Shown here in pieces: positions 36,878 to 50,637 of a stretch of 64,000 nt of DNA. The notes below the pieces were generated by a model. It saw only the letters and a list, made by a program, of their open reading frames with translations. It ran no database searches and was not told the origin of the DNA. How positions within the stretch are numbered: the stretch's first letter is position 1; every line of letters starts with the position of its first letter. The position numbers and the translations under genes were made by a program. Origin of the DNA: Fimicolochytrium jonesii (lineage: Eukaryota); contig NW_026515672.1 of NCBI RefSeq assembly GCF_025526975.1, positions 496,001 to 560,000 on the forward strand. The letters run 5' to 3'.

Positions 36878-39682
36878 TCACATGAGCTTCGTCTTCATAA
36901 TCTCCCACATGATCCGCCGTCTAAAGTAAGGCATGCTAGTCCCGTCAAAATCAAAGTGTTGCTCGCGCGCAGTGTATTCCATGAACAGGCAGGTGAACAC
37001 CCCGCAGTCGTTGCCGTTCAGTTGCGCTGGGCAGTCCTGCGGAAAGAGGGTACAGTTAGATCCTCTATCTTGTGCATCAGCCACCAATATGACATCCTAC
37101 CCTTGGCGCATAGTCTGTCCACGCTGAAAAGTCGAACTTCTGCTTCTTCTTGTCCATCGATTCTTGCTCAAGGTACGACCGCATAATCTGGAGGTCACGT
37201 TCGTTTAGCAAACCCACGCTGCTTCAAAACCCGTCGCAAACTGAGACACCCACCCTTAGAACGTTCGCAGCCGACCCATGCAATGAGTCATAGTACTCGA
37301 CTCGCTTCTCCTTGAAGTTCAGTACGGAGCATGTCCAATGATTGCCCAAGTGAACGGGTACAATCACGTAGTCCAATGCAAAGATGTCAATCTAAAAGAG
37401 GGAGGAGTCAGAAGTCGACGGTAAGCCGGTGCGCAGTGTCCATTCCTTTGACATTCATGAAAACCCACTTTCTTTGTCCATTTGCGAACCAAGTTATAGT
37501 TCTTGGACATGTTCGCATAGAAAAACGTGTTGAAGCAATGGATCTTGGGATATATGTTATTGATATCTTCTTGAGCACGATGCATAATCAGCTGCCCATA
37601 AATATTGATGATCTAGGGGGGCCAAAATGTCAGCAGATGCAGTGTTTCCAACGCCTTTCCGCAGGCACGATAGCATACTTCATCATTCAGCCAATTGCCG
37701 TCCATGAGAGTACGCAAATCGCGGGTGGATATCTTGATCTTGAAGGCGTCTGCCACAACTGCTCTTGGATCACTTTCTAGGGCATCGTCGATTTCGTCTT
37801 CTTGCTCTTCCGTGAGAGCTGGGTATTCCTCCTCCTGAGCAAAGCAACGACCGTTAGTAGAGGCAAACGGTTGTGGCACAGCTTGATGTTACTCACGGTT
37901 TCACCCTTGGAGATCTCCAACCGCAGGCTTTTCAACTGTGGATTACGAGAGAATATGTTAGAGCGCTAGAGCGAACATGGTTTGCCCTCTAGCCCCGCGA
38001 GTCCATACCTGCTCCTCCACCTTCTTTTGCTTTGCGAGGAGTTCATCGTATAATGGCGTTGAAACTTTTGCGGGCAGCGGTTGCCTAGGTGCATGCTTGC
38101 AGTTTAGCACATTGTTGCGAGAAAGAACGCATCGTCAAGGGTGACATGGGCACTCACGTCTTCCTGTACACGTCAATCTTGGGCTTCAAGAACTTGTATT
38201 CCTGAATCCTAGCCTGAATGTGTTCCAGGCTGACCGGATCAGGTCGTAATATCCCTGGGCGCTGATTGTTCGTGCGTCGACTCCTACAACTTGCCTTAGT
38301 AAAGGGAGACCTCATGGAATTATAGTCAGGCTTCGCTTACCGTAACGACCCAGCGATGCTTTGCCGTAGGCTGAAATCCCCAGCACGTCCAGGATGTCGA
38401 ACTTTGAACACAAGTCAGCTCCGGCAGCATGTAAACCCTACTCCGCCGCATTCCGGCATACCTTTCAGCGCGGCACCCCACCGATCCGGCATGAAATGCC
38501 GTAACAGTTTCAGCCTGTTCATCTCCCTTTCTTTCTTGGACTAGAAGGCAAATTGAAGTGAGGACAGGCTGCACACTGCGGATATCCCGGTCGCATTACC
38601 TTTGGTTTTAATATCGACCGTGATAAGGAACTCCGTCCAAAGGAGGACGCCGTTGATCCGGCTAATGAGGAATCCTGAGATCTCACGGTGAAAACTGATT
38701 GACGCCCCATAAAGTTCTCCTTTTCCTCGTTTCTCCTTAGTGTTCGGATGCCAGCATTGGGAGTCGCGGCGTTTGAAAAGGATTTCGCACCCTTCTCTGG
38801 TGAATCTTCTGGACTCGGGTATTCAACGTGCGAATCTCCATTCAGTCGTTGTAAACTGTCCGGTTGTGAATTGTCGTCTCTTTTCGCAGGCCGGCCTGTC
38901 CGTTGCGGCTCGAAGAAGGGGTGATAGCCGTCGTCGCGGCTCGGTATGTCAGACGGCAACCTCTTCGCCTCATCTGCTTCCGTTGAGTGTGGTGACGTTG
39001 GTGGCTCGATGTCCACCGAGGGGACGCAATCGCTATCATCGTCGATAACGATCACTTCTGGTTCCTTATGAATCACTCGATCACCACCGACTGTATCCCT
39101 CTCAACCCGCGTAGACGGCTCCTCCTCTATCAGGTCGTCCAATGTGATGGGCTCGTCAGCAGCCGCCTTCTCCTCCTCGCCAAGCACAGTTTCCGTCCGC
39201 GTTTCCTGAATCTCTTCCTCCACTACCTCCTCGAAACATTCCGAAATTGGAACAGTAGCTACCGTCTCCTCATCACTGTCGAGATCGACGACCGACGCCG
39301 TATCGCTTGGTGGGGTGATAATAATGCGCGTACCGCAGCGACTCACTATAGAAGCCGACGTAACGTCCTCCTCGACGTCCGAACAAGTCCCCGTAACCAC
39401 CCCTGCGTCGGGTCCTCTTTCAGTGCGCTCCACAGTGACTGAAGAGAGCGTGTACACTCTTACGCCCTCCGTACCGCTTTCACTGGCGCCGTTTGGGGCC
39501 ACCGCGTCCGGCGTCCACAGCAAATTGGAAAGCGCGGACACAACGCTGGAGAACGGACGACCCCACCATGCGGATGTCGTTTGGCGGCGCTTAGGCGGCC
39601 TAGCCAGGCTTGTTTCTGGCTCTGACTCGTCTGCGCCGCTGTCGTCCCCTTCCCAGTTGGGGCGCCCTCGCTTCTTTGCCAT
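36878..39682 (-). CDS. ULP1: Ulp1/SENP SUMO protease (peptidase C48), spliced
   Basis: DLRTLMDGNWLNDE; HCFNTFFY; VRKWTKK; PVHLGNHWTC; YYDSL; CPAQLNGNDCGVFTC; MPYFRRRIMWEI; long disordered N-terminus with SIM-like VIVIDDD motifs. Confidence 0.93.
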
Positions 39683-41468
39683 CGTGCTGTGTGGTTGACG
39701 GTCCAGCGCCACCTGAAATGGCAGTGCGCTCTTTTCCCACGATTGCAATAGAGATAGTGGGCCTCCCTGACTTCTTGTTCCTCCACCGTCTGTGCTTGGG
39801 AGGGTTGGAGTTCTGTGGTGCTGTGCTGTCTGCCCGTGGGTTATGTGTTATACCAGCGATTTGACTGCAATGCGAGTGCGGGAGTTCGAAGAAGGGAATG
39901 TCCAACTTGCGCCGGTTCAAAGTTGACCAAACGCAACCTCGCCGCGCGCGTCAATCGTCGGACATTGCCGACTCCGGGTTCAAATTCCTCGTAGAGGTAG
40001 CCGCATAGAAAAAGGGCAGGACCACACCTTTGTAACCCGCAAGAACCTGGGAACAATGAACCGAACTCGACCAAAGCCAGGATCGTTTGTCGCGTGACCT
40101 CTCTGTCCTGACGCGGGAACGGGCGACTTGCAGCCTTGCCGAAAACCGACATCCGAGACTGCAACTGCAACTTGGACATCAGGAATGCACACAGTGACTC
40201 TTCACATCAACGGGGAACGAGAACTTCAAGACTTTGGTGATTTTTTCGGCCTGGCTCCGAGGACACCCCGCCCGATATACCTTGTCATCCTGGGTGAGAA
40301 AGGCCAACCTAGGTATGTACAATTATTGTACAAGGGAGACCGGAAGGCGCTATTGCCCATCTAGAAGTATACGCCGTTGGCAACGATACGCCAAAGTTGT
40401 CCGACAATGACACCGATGCCCGCGCTAGCCCCATCATCGCTCTCATCAAGGTGTCGGCAAATATCAGGTGCTTGACGAAAACATCCCCGATGCAGTACGG
40501 TCAATGTGCTGCGGTATGCGGCGAAAGCGGCTGTTCTTCCAGATCCGACTTCATCATAAACGAACGTCGAGGTGGTGGAGAGCATGGGACACCAGATGTT
40601 TGAGGCGGGGACGTGGGAGATGACGGGAATGGCTCTTGCTGTCCCTTGGCATACGCGAATTCTTTTCGATGTTTCCATGAAAGGATTGTTCTGGCACTAG
40701 CAGTAGCAACAGCAATCTACCACCATTGCTGAATCAGCCAGCGTCTCGCGACGGAACATGATAAAACCGTCAACGTATACGTACGAGAGTACGACAGTCC
40801 GGATACCACTCCTGATGATGGATGTCGGACGAACAGCCTGCCTTGGTGGTCAAACCCATCGTTGTAGCACGTTACCATGACAGCGATACTTCAGCTTTTC
40901 CACCCGAAAAGTTGAGTAAGACTTCTTAGGAGAGTTCGGGACTTCGGACTTAGCGAGCGAGCAAACGAACCTGGAATGCTGAGGAGGACTGAGGGACGCA
41001 TCGCTCGCTACTGCTGAACCCGGCGGAACGAGCGCAGAGGAGTGAATCATGCCTAAAAAGACCGCTGAAGAAGGCACACCTCCGTAAGACATCCATAGCG
41101 AAAGCTGGTAAACAATTCGCTGTGGAATGCTTCCGTCCACTGGCCGCCGGGGCGCTCATTTGAATCCTTTTGGTACATATATATGTATGTACGTACAGTA
41201 TATATGTTGCTTCTCAGAGCAGAACGCGTGGAGGACGCGTTGAAATGAAAACCATAGTTTTACACAGTAATCACGTGCGTCGGGGTTGGATTGTCCGGTA
41301 ATTAAAACGGTGTCCGGATTCCACTTCCCCAATTCGCCTCTCCAGGGTTCCCCACCTTGAACGGCCAAATCCCCTCACCCTTGTGCAGTCCATACCAGGA
41401 GCTCAGTCACTCACACATATAACCGACTAGGAGGAATACTCTCTACGGAACTGATAAAGTCTGTAAGA

Positions 41469-42902
41469 ATGATGGGAGGAGGAAGTAAGTACTCATCTCT
41501 CGCAGACGATGACTTACGGAGGTCACGAAGCACTAAACGTCGTTGGCATCGCATTGTGTAGACTACGGAGGTTACGGCGGTTATGGCGGGTACGGCGGAG
41601 CGCAAGGTGGCAACCAAGGTGGAGGTGGTGGGGGCGGTGGTGCGACGGGGGGATATGGAGGCTACGGCGGCGCCGGCGGGGGCGGTGGGGGTGGGGGAGG
41701 ATACCAGGATTACTCCGGGGGAGGCAACAACATGGGAGGGGGTGGCGGCGGCGGCGGAGGTTTCTTCTCGCCTGGCGGTGGTGGTATGTCGGCGTCACAG
41801 GATAGTCCCAGTGGGCGAAAGGTAAAAATATCTGGGCTCGTTTTTGCAGTCTGGGCACTCATCGAAAGCTAAGCCTGATTACATTACGTTTGCAGCGCAC
41901 CGGTGGTGGCAACCAGTCTCTTCGACCTGTCACGATCAAACAGCTTTTGGATGCCAAGCAGACTGTTCCTGACGGTCCTCATGCTATTGATGGCCAAGAG
42001 TTGTCGCAGGTATTCATCCGTTCGAAGTCAGGTATGAGAGGAGTAGGCGGCTCATTTTTTGCATGCACAGTGCGCAATCGTGGGAGTCATCAGTGATATG
42101 CACCAGCAGTCTACACACATCAGCTACATCATCGATGACGGGACCGGGACTATCGAGGTGAAGAAGTTCTGGGATAAGGACGAATCTGACCTGGATGCGG
42201 AGAGACGAGACGTTTTCCAGTAGGTGTCACCTTGCGGCATTATTCTTCGGCATGTTCTGATTGACCTCCATTTGTTCTCAGGAAATCATCATACGTACGC
42301 GCCACGGGGCACCTTCGGGTGTTCAACCAGAAGAAGTCTCTGATCGGATTCAACCTCCGACCCGTCGATACACCGGACGAAATCGCTTTCCACATGTTGG
42401 ACACCACCTTTGTTCACCTTTACCTCACGAAAGGGCCTTTGAACGGTGGACAACAGCAGCAAAATATCGGCGGTGCGGGGTACATGGACGGCCAGAATGC
42501 GACAGCGTACGGCCAATCTGCGTATGCACCCAACAATGGGGGTGCGGCGGGCATCTACGGCAACAACAATAACAACAACTTTGGTGGTGGCAATGAGATG
42601 GGCGGTGGCGGAAACGATATGTATACCCCGTTGCAGAACCAGATCATTCAATTCGTGAGGCAATATTCCAATACGCAGGATGGGGCACCCATCATGGACA
42701 TTGTGCAGAGGATGAGAGGGAAAGCAGCGGAGCCGGAGATCAGGTGAGTTACGTGATGACAAGTAAGGAGGGCAGAGTCATCGTAACATTGTTTCTAACA
42801 CGAAAACTGGCACGTAGGAATGCGGTCAACTGGCTGTGCAGCGAAGGGATGTTCTATAGCACGACCGACGAGGATCATGTGAAGACCACTAGCGATTATT
42901 GA
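41469..42902 (+). CDS. RFA2: Replication protein A 32-kDa subunit, spliced, with Gly-rich N-terminus
   Basis: GGFFSPG..SQDSP; QSLRPVTIKQLLDA; YIIDDGTGTIEVKKF; NEIAFH-like DEIAFHMLDTTFVHL; C-terminal winged helix ..EGMFYSTTDEDH. Confidence 0.93.
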
Positions 42903-45176
42903 AACGTTCTTGAGCGTACGATAACATGGTCCCATAGACCTGTATAGCTCGGTAGTAGCATTGGAGATGACCGTTTGGCGTAGAGACCGAGAAGGCCTCT
43001 CTTCATCCCTTTTGCATCACACTTGTATAGCTGGGCATGTTTAGGGTTTGTATAACTAGTCTGCAGCCTTGTATTGGCCCGCGAGTAGGCCTACGTATAT
43101 TTCCTTCTTAGAAATGTGTGGAAGTGAGCACACATATGACTCGGCGCCAGGAAGGCAATACCCGCCCCGTTTTGCATTGCAGTGCACATTCTGAGGATGT
43201 ACTGAGGTGTACTGCAGGTGTATGAGTAAGCCCAGCAATAAAAAAACAATTCGGCCTCTGCTTTTACACCGCTCGTGGATACGCTGGATGTGTTGCTGTC
43301 GGGGCCTTCCATTTGCCGAAGACGGTGATAGATGCTCAATTTCAAGGCGTCATCCCAACGTGATGCTCGCCGAAAATCATCCACCTACCCTATGGGGATT
43401 TGGGTGCACCTGTTGTAGACCCGCGACGAGTGCAACAGCGCAGAACAAGTCCTCGCTCAACATCCACGCAGAACGGGATGAGGATCACTGCCACCTCGCT
43501 GACTTGACCACAACGGCACGTACGGCAACAATAACAGAGAGCATCTGGAGACCGAGCAACAGCCATATTTCACAACCGGCACCTCGCTAGATCTCCACTA
43601 TTATCTGGGGTTGTCAGTATGATAGCTTCCTGACGATGGGCTGCCCGTAGATGCTTTGGAGTCTTGAAGGTGAACTCCGATGCTTATGTAATCCAGAAAC
43701 GCGACGGTTTTTGGGCATCGACAGTATTCACTGTCCAATTGACCACCTGCCGTTAGTACCTTCCTTTCTCTATACTTCTCACCTTCAACGCACACTCCCC
43801 AGGTCTTACTCTCGCTCTGACAACAAGAGTTACTCCGCACACAACTGCTGCCCTTGTTCTCAGCACTCAGCAAAGCGCTATATTCATACAGCCTGTATCG
43901 CTGCAGCGCTGGCCTCACACGGCATACAGGATGTTACGCACAGTCATGCCAGGCGGCGCCGACCACTCCGAGCACTTTGACAGCGACGACGCCTGCGACT
44001 CCAGTTCACACGGGCCTAGGCTGGAAATTTGGCATCGGAGTCGGTATTTTCGTATTTGTTTTACCCGAACATGTCCATGGCCGTCTTGACTCCCTACCTT
44101 GTACTTTGACTAGTTCTCTCGCTCTTAGGTATTATATACTCGTGCTCGTGTGTTTATTTGCCGTTGCCAACTCTATCGTAAACGAGACGGCGTAACATGT
44201 TTTGATTCGTACATGTAGCAAAACCCTTTGTACATGTAGCATTATCCTTCGTAGTATTTTCATTCTCCCTCGAGAACTGGACACATCTGTAGGTGCATAC
44301 TTTCCGGTTCCGTCCAAGATTGGAGACCATTTCACTGACCATAGAGCAGCCCAAGATCCGGCAAGGTGCTTGTTGAATAGGGGATGTGATAGTGTCTACT
44401 GTCGCAAACCACAGATTGCGTCCAGACAAACCACAAGCCCGTTCGCGTCCCCCTGGACTTCCTCCATCGCCTTCGGAACAGTATGTAAGGTGAAATTATT
44501 CATATCCAACCCAGGAACGAAGGAAAATTCGAGCAACAAACGCCAGACCCCAGTCATCGTCTTGAGCGGACTCACAAGGACCTCGACTCCCAAAAAACGC
44601 CAGTGATTGATCTACCGTCGCGACAATACACGGCACGGTATGCCTGGTACCGGATGCACCGTTGCACCAACCCAGATTCTCTCAGTTCGTGCAGGAATCT
44701 AACTCCTCCATGAGCATGCAACGGGGTTGGATGGTCCCGCTTCGTCGTCGATGGTAGCTATGAGGAGAGAAATTGGGAAGCCCAGAAAGAAAATTTGCGA
44801 TTATCAGCAGCGAACAAAGCTGGGTGCTACACGAAAACAGTTCGATAACATCAAATCATCAATCCAAGCGCCCGTGATGGGTTGATGGTGCCGCTGGGGG
44901 TCTGCAGATGCAGGTCTTGTTCTGCAGTCCGCTGATGAGGCAACAGCGTCGCGGCAAATCAGCCTGAAGAGTTGGCTCCCCCACAAGGCGTTTGAAGCGC
45001 TCGGTGGCCTGACCCACAGAATCAAGCTCCTTATTATTTTCGGACCAACCCGCTGCAGAAACAGGCATGCTTCGGATTGCTGTTGTCGGTTGATCACTGA
45101 AATGCACAGTAAAAGGCTATAAGCCTTGACAGCAAGTTGAGTCCTGACAGCAGTCGACACGCTCGGTAACGTGCAG

Positions 45177-48100
45177 ATGCCATACCGAGATCCCGGACTG
45201 CGGACGCCGAGAACGGACCTGGACAGTTCTTTGGAGGGCCTCGCACTTTCTTGTCTTCTCCGTCGTTCCAAACTGTCTGCTCGGCAGGCACACTGCTGCC
45301 GGAGAGGAACCCATAGGACGATGTTTCGTAGCCAGCAACCAGGGCTCCCCACCGCAGGTGAGACGAAGCTGAGTGCGTCCCACGATGCCGCCATGGCGAC
45401 AGTGCTCGAGAGCTTGAGGGCGTTGGAGACGGAGATGAAAGTGAAGTTTGGTATGTCCAATCGGTGGCAAAGCGAGAGCAGAGCTGAAGTTTTCACGGGC
45501 TAACACTCACTCCATTTTGTTCGTTCTTTGCACGTTTGTAGTGACCCGGAGCCACGAGGTATTACTTCAGGACGCCATAACGCATAGTCCAGAAACTGCA
45601 AAACAGCGCGTCCGCGTCTTGGTTAAGGATTTTCGGGAAGAATTGAGAAGGCTACGTAACAAAAACCAAGGTAGTGGACGGGGGCCTGCAGGGGGCCAGT
45701 TCACGGTCAGAGATTTGTCAGGAAAGTTCAGCAACGATCTAAAGGACCGTCTGAAAGGATGTTTACCGGTGAATATGATGACGCAAAGGATGGAGACTGA
45801 CAACGGGAGAAGGGTGTGGGATCAAGAATACCGCGCAATGTCAAACCAGAGCAGCAGGATCCACCATTCCCCACCGATGCGAAGTCATTCGTCGCTGTCG
45901 ACATTTTCGGAGTTGTCCGCCTCCTCATCTCGAGCGACTTCCACTAGTGATAACCCTTCAGACGTTGCATCCGTAATTCCGCATGACCTTGGTCCGTCGC
46001 CCTCCTCTCCGTCGTTTTCGAACTCGGTTTCATGCTTGAAATCCCCGAAACGCGTAGCATCTGACCTCGGTGAAGGCACGGAGTTGGGCACGACCACATT
46101 CTCGAGGACCGGTAGATCACCAAGTATGGTACCATCACCGTCTCGGCATTCAGGTGTTAGATCACACAAGCGCCGCGCAGGTGCTGCTTCCCGGAGTTTC
46201 ACGTCGCCACAGCACGACAGAGCAAGCTGCATTCTTGATTCCCCAACGCATCCACGAAGGCAACACAGCATGCCCGATCATCCGTTACAAAATCAACATG
46301 AGATCGCTCATTGCCAATACGATTTAACTAGCTGTGTACCCAATGCACAAACTCACCGACACAGGCAGTACAGTATGCCTGAGCAGGCATTACATACTCG
46401 AGAAGATATTGCTATCGAATATCAGCATAGTTTTGGCGGTACGCAGCACCGCGACCAGGAGACTCAGCATCAACATATCAACGAAGCTAACAGTTACAGT
46501 GCGCGTGTGATGGATCACGGCCGTCCTCCCTGTCCTCATCAGCCCGCTGTGCAGCGCGCCATTCACAAAATGACCGCGCCTCTTTCGGTAATGGAAGACC
46601 TGGCTCCATTCCACGGCGATCCGTGGATCACTTGTCCGCCTACCACACGCGATGCCCTTCAGGACATGCCATTCGTTCGACAGTGGGAAATCATTCGTTT
46701 CGTCAGTCCGTACGGGCCGCTTGAGTGGCGCGACATCGAACCTGCGCTTCCAGAATGCCAATCCTTGTCTAATGCGGATGACCTTTTTCTGATTTTGGAA
46801 CGACTTGCGAAACGACTCGCTTTGCAGAAAGGTGCTAATGGCACTAACAAAAGAAGCAAAGTGAAAAAGGTGCCCAATAGGGGTTCAAATACAAACGTCG
46901 CAGCCAGGTGAGATTGTGGTTTACGCCGTTGTTGTTGAGCTGGATTCGGAAGCGATGAGCGCGCTGGAAAGGTACGCCCTCAAAGGAGTCTGTGACAAAA
47001 CGCAGCGCTAGCGCTTACTTAGGTTGCCTCCATCCTTCACTTCCAGTGCGGGCGTGAAGAATCCACCCGCCTGCACACGGATTCGCCTGATGCCACCCGC
47101 CACTATGCTCGGCCATCGTGCCGCACGAAAGTTCGGCGCCGACCGCTTCCTGACCGTCAAATTCGCCGACCTCTCGCAAGTGCATCTGGTACGCGGTATG
47201 CGTTATGACCAGAGACGCTTGCATGTCCTAGGAAGGGTTTGGGAGCTTGTGCAGGAAAAGGACGAGCTTACTGCGCGGTTCTTCGCCACGGGGTCCTATG
47301 CGGACGAGAATGAGATGGGGACTCCAGCTCCGATGATTGAGCCGGTATCGGTGGATGACTTTGTGAGATGGCACATTCCCATGATTCCTGAGAACATGGA
47401 TATTAAGTGGGCCAAGATCGCCGCTCGTCTGGATCTGGCGTTTTCGGGAACCATGTCTGGTATTTACATCGAGGATCATCACGTCATTCCGGACATTCGA
47501 TCGTCGGATGGGCCCGGGGATGATGTCTCGCATGTAATGACGGACGGCTGCGGTCTGATATCTTATGCGGCCATGTGCAGGTTGCGCGCCCATATGGGCT
47601 GGAGTGAGCTCCCATGTGCGATCCAAGGCCGTTTCGGCTCCTGCAAGGGCGTCTGGGTCATCGACCCAAAGTCTTTCGGATCCACCGACCTGTACCTCAG
47701 AAGCCGCGAGAGTATGCGTAAGTTCCATCTCCCCACCCCCACCCCGGAATCAGAGATCCCCTTCCACTCCACGCTGGAAATCATCCGACCATCCCGGCCG
47801 ATGCCCGGTCTCCTCAACAAGCAGATCATACCCATCCTCCATTGCGGCCGTGTGCCCGTACAGACGTTTATCCATTTGCTTGATGAGATGCTGGTTCGTG
47901 TGAAAGATCGGTTAGATCATCCAGATCCGATCATGGTGCGAAAGGAGTTGGAGGGCAGTGGGAGTGTATTCATGACCAGGTTTGGCTTGGAGAAGCGGAG
48001 GGATAGCAAGGAACGGGAGGCTGGAGAGGAGGAGAGAAGGACAAGGAATGAAGAGGATCGGAACTTTTTCGAAAGGTGCATCAAGGTACGTTATCAGGCG

Positions 48101-49834
48101 CTGATAAGCGCATTGCCACACGTTTGCATTCCGCAACCACCAGCCGTGTCCGAATCATATCGACGTCTTTCTACCAGATGATCGCAGCTGGCTTTCTGCC
48201 CAAGGAAAACGCCTACTTATGCCATAGCATCAACGGCGTGTTCAACATGCTATGCAAACAACTGCTTAGCAAATTCAACATCGCCGTCCCGAAATCCCGC
48301 CGCATCCTCATGGTCCCAGATCCCACCGAAACCCTCCATCCCGGCCAAATTTTCCTGCACCTCCCAGATGAGCGCGACGAGGAGACCGGCGCCCGACTCG
48401 GCGTCCTCGCCGGCCCGGTGCTCGTCACGCGAAACCCGGCCTATTTGCCAACCGATGTTCAGAAGGTTACCATGGTAGACGCCCCGATGCTGCACCGATA
48501 TGAGAATGTCGTGGTTTTTCCCGTGACTGGTGACGGACGCTCGTTAGCGAGTTTCCTGGGAGGGGGCGACTACGATGGCGACGACTGCATGGTTATCTGG
48601 GACACGAACCTTGTGGAGCCTTTTATCAATTCGTTGGAAGAGGAGCCGGAAGGGGAAAGTGTTAGTGCCGTTTTCAAGCAAGATACGAGGACTGTTGGGG
48701 ATGTTCTTTGCTCAGAGCCAGCAAGGCTTCTTGGAAGTCCTTGTCGGAACACTGCGTATCCATCCCGCTCGCCACATATCGCAGCGGGAGCCATAGCAGA
48801 TGAATTGTTTGAGCGCTTCTGCAAGTCCTCCACTGGCGATCTCGTGGGTGTCTATAGTAACCGCCACGCCTACACGGCTGATGGAAAAGGCGTCGATCAC
48901 CCAGATTCCATATGGCTTGCTAAAATCTGCGCCGAATTGCTGGATGCGAGGAAGGCTGGAAAAGCTGGTAAGCGAAAAACAGCATCCATTACTTCGTAGC
49001 AGGCCGCCCAAGCCAGAGTGGGCACGCGCTGAGGAGGAGGACGCCGATGAGGGATCAGCCGAGTGGAAAGCCGCATCCTCGCGCTCGGCTTTGACCATGA
49101 TCTACAACCACATGTCGAAGCAGAAGGATAAGTGGAAAACGCTGGGAAATTCCGAAGTTGAGCATGTTCGCAGGGAGCATCCGGAAGATGCAGACTTGCG
49201 AGCGCCGTGGAGCCGTGAAGACAGCCGGCAAGGACTTACCAAGTCCACTGAGGACGTCACGCTGAGAATCCACAAGGCGAAAGCGGCCATGCAAGAGATA
49301 TTGTCTGACTACGAATCGGAATGTTGCCTAATCACACAGTCAGCGGGAAAGCATAAAACCGCATATGGCACGAAGCCTTCAGCTATAAGGAAGACAGCAC
49401 TGAAGGCTGAACTGTACGAGAACATTGCGGACCGCGTTTTCGGGAATCTGGATTATTCAAATTCAGACAGCCATTCGCGGTGGTCAGCCACTCGAAGCTT
49501 TGCGGACGAGGATAGTGGAGCTGGCAGTAGCGAGACCATTTTCAACGAAATTCGGCCCATGAAGGGGATTAGTCCAGAACCAGAAATCACGCGGGTGATG
49601 GCACAGGCTAGCCTGGCCTACACCATCGGCAACACCGACCTGATATGGTGGTTCCCCTGGGACATACCCGATGTTCTCCATCTGCTGTGCATCATCAAAG
49701 GCTTTGAGTTGGCCAGAAAGGGAGAGGGACCGTGGTGGAGAAATATTAGCATCGCAACCTGGGAAATGGCGCGTGCTACTGCTGTGCATAAGAAGTATGG
49801 ACAGACGAGGAGATGTACCGATGCAGCTATGTGA
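45177..49834 (+). CDS. RNA-dependent RNA polymerase of the RNAi pathway (QDE-1-like); apparent frameshift(s), start approximate
   Basis: RKFGADRFL, MTDGCGLIS, AIQGRFGSCKGVW, GLLNKQIIPIL, MVPDPTETL, VTRNPAYLPTDVQK, catalytic LGGGDYDGD. Confidence 0.9.
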
Positions 49835-50309
49835 GAGCAAGTGTTGGCAGATTCTCAGAATCCCAATCGGAACAGCAATTCCATCGAACACGGCGCTCAA
49901 GAATATGGATGGACGATCAAGCAAGATCAGTGGCGTAGTTTACAATGTCAAAGTCTCGATTGGTTCCGGTACCTGTCCCGCTACCTGTTTCGTTAGTTCC
50001 GACATCATCATCATCCACACTCGGCCTACGACGAATTCCACTTATCCACTCTCACCACCGCCTACGAGCGGATTTACTCCTAGAGCAATCCTCATCATCC
50101 TTCATCGTTTTCAACCCCTTCGAGACTTTCTGCCGCTCACTCACCGCCACCGCCGCTCACCAGCGCATTCGGTTCTGACCCCTGCCGCAAATACCCTTCA
50201 CTCCTTATTCAATCGTCTGGATCGCGCCTTCATAGAATACACCTCCCAATCTGAGCCGCGTCATCGCGGCAATCTGCTACCGTCACTGCGACATATTTCG
50301 TTGCCGAAT

Positions 50310-50375
50310 TGACACCACTCACTGATACCGCTCAATTGATACCATTCACTGATACCAATCATTGATACCTGATAG
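50310..50375. repeat. Short tandem repeat (~12-14 nt unit containing tgatacc), ~5 copies
   Basis: ttgacaccactcac tgataccgctcaat tgataccattcac tgataccaatcat tgatacc tgata. Confidence 0.75.
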
Positions 50376-50637
50376 TACTCGCGAATAATAATTCCTGACG
50401 TTACAACCCTATTGAGCGGTGCTTATGGACTTCGTGGACCCGGCTTGGAGGAAGTAGCCTGACTACACTCTTTCATTACAAGGACAACAATATGAAGCCC
50501 TTTGACATCAGCGTGAGTTGTAGAGATTTCTTCCTCTCGTCATTGGGTATCTCTTTTGAAACAGGTATATACATATGTGCGCGTTCACCGCTCTAACCCC
50601 ATCAAGTAGTCTCTCCCATAGTTCACAAAGGTGACGA

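Noticed and set aside
40300..41200. Short minus-strand ORFs between ULP1 and RFA2
   Set aside because: Fragmentary, no motifs, no coherent splice model
43000..45100. Possible gene or transposon remnant upstream of the RdRP
   Set aside because: No transposase/RT motifs, terminal repeats or joinable exons seen
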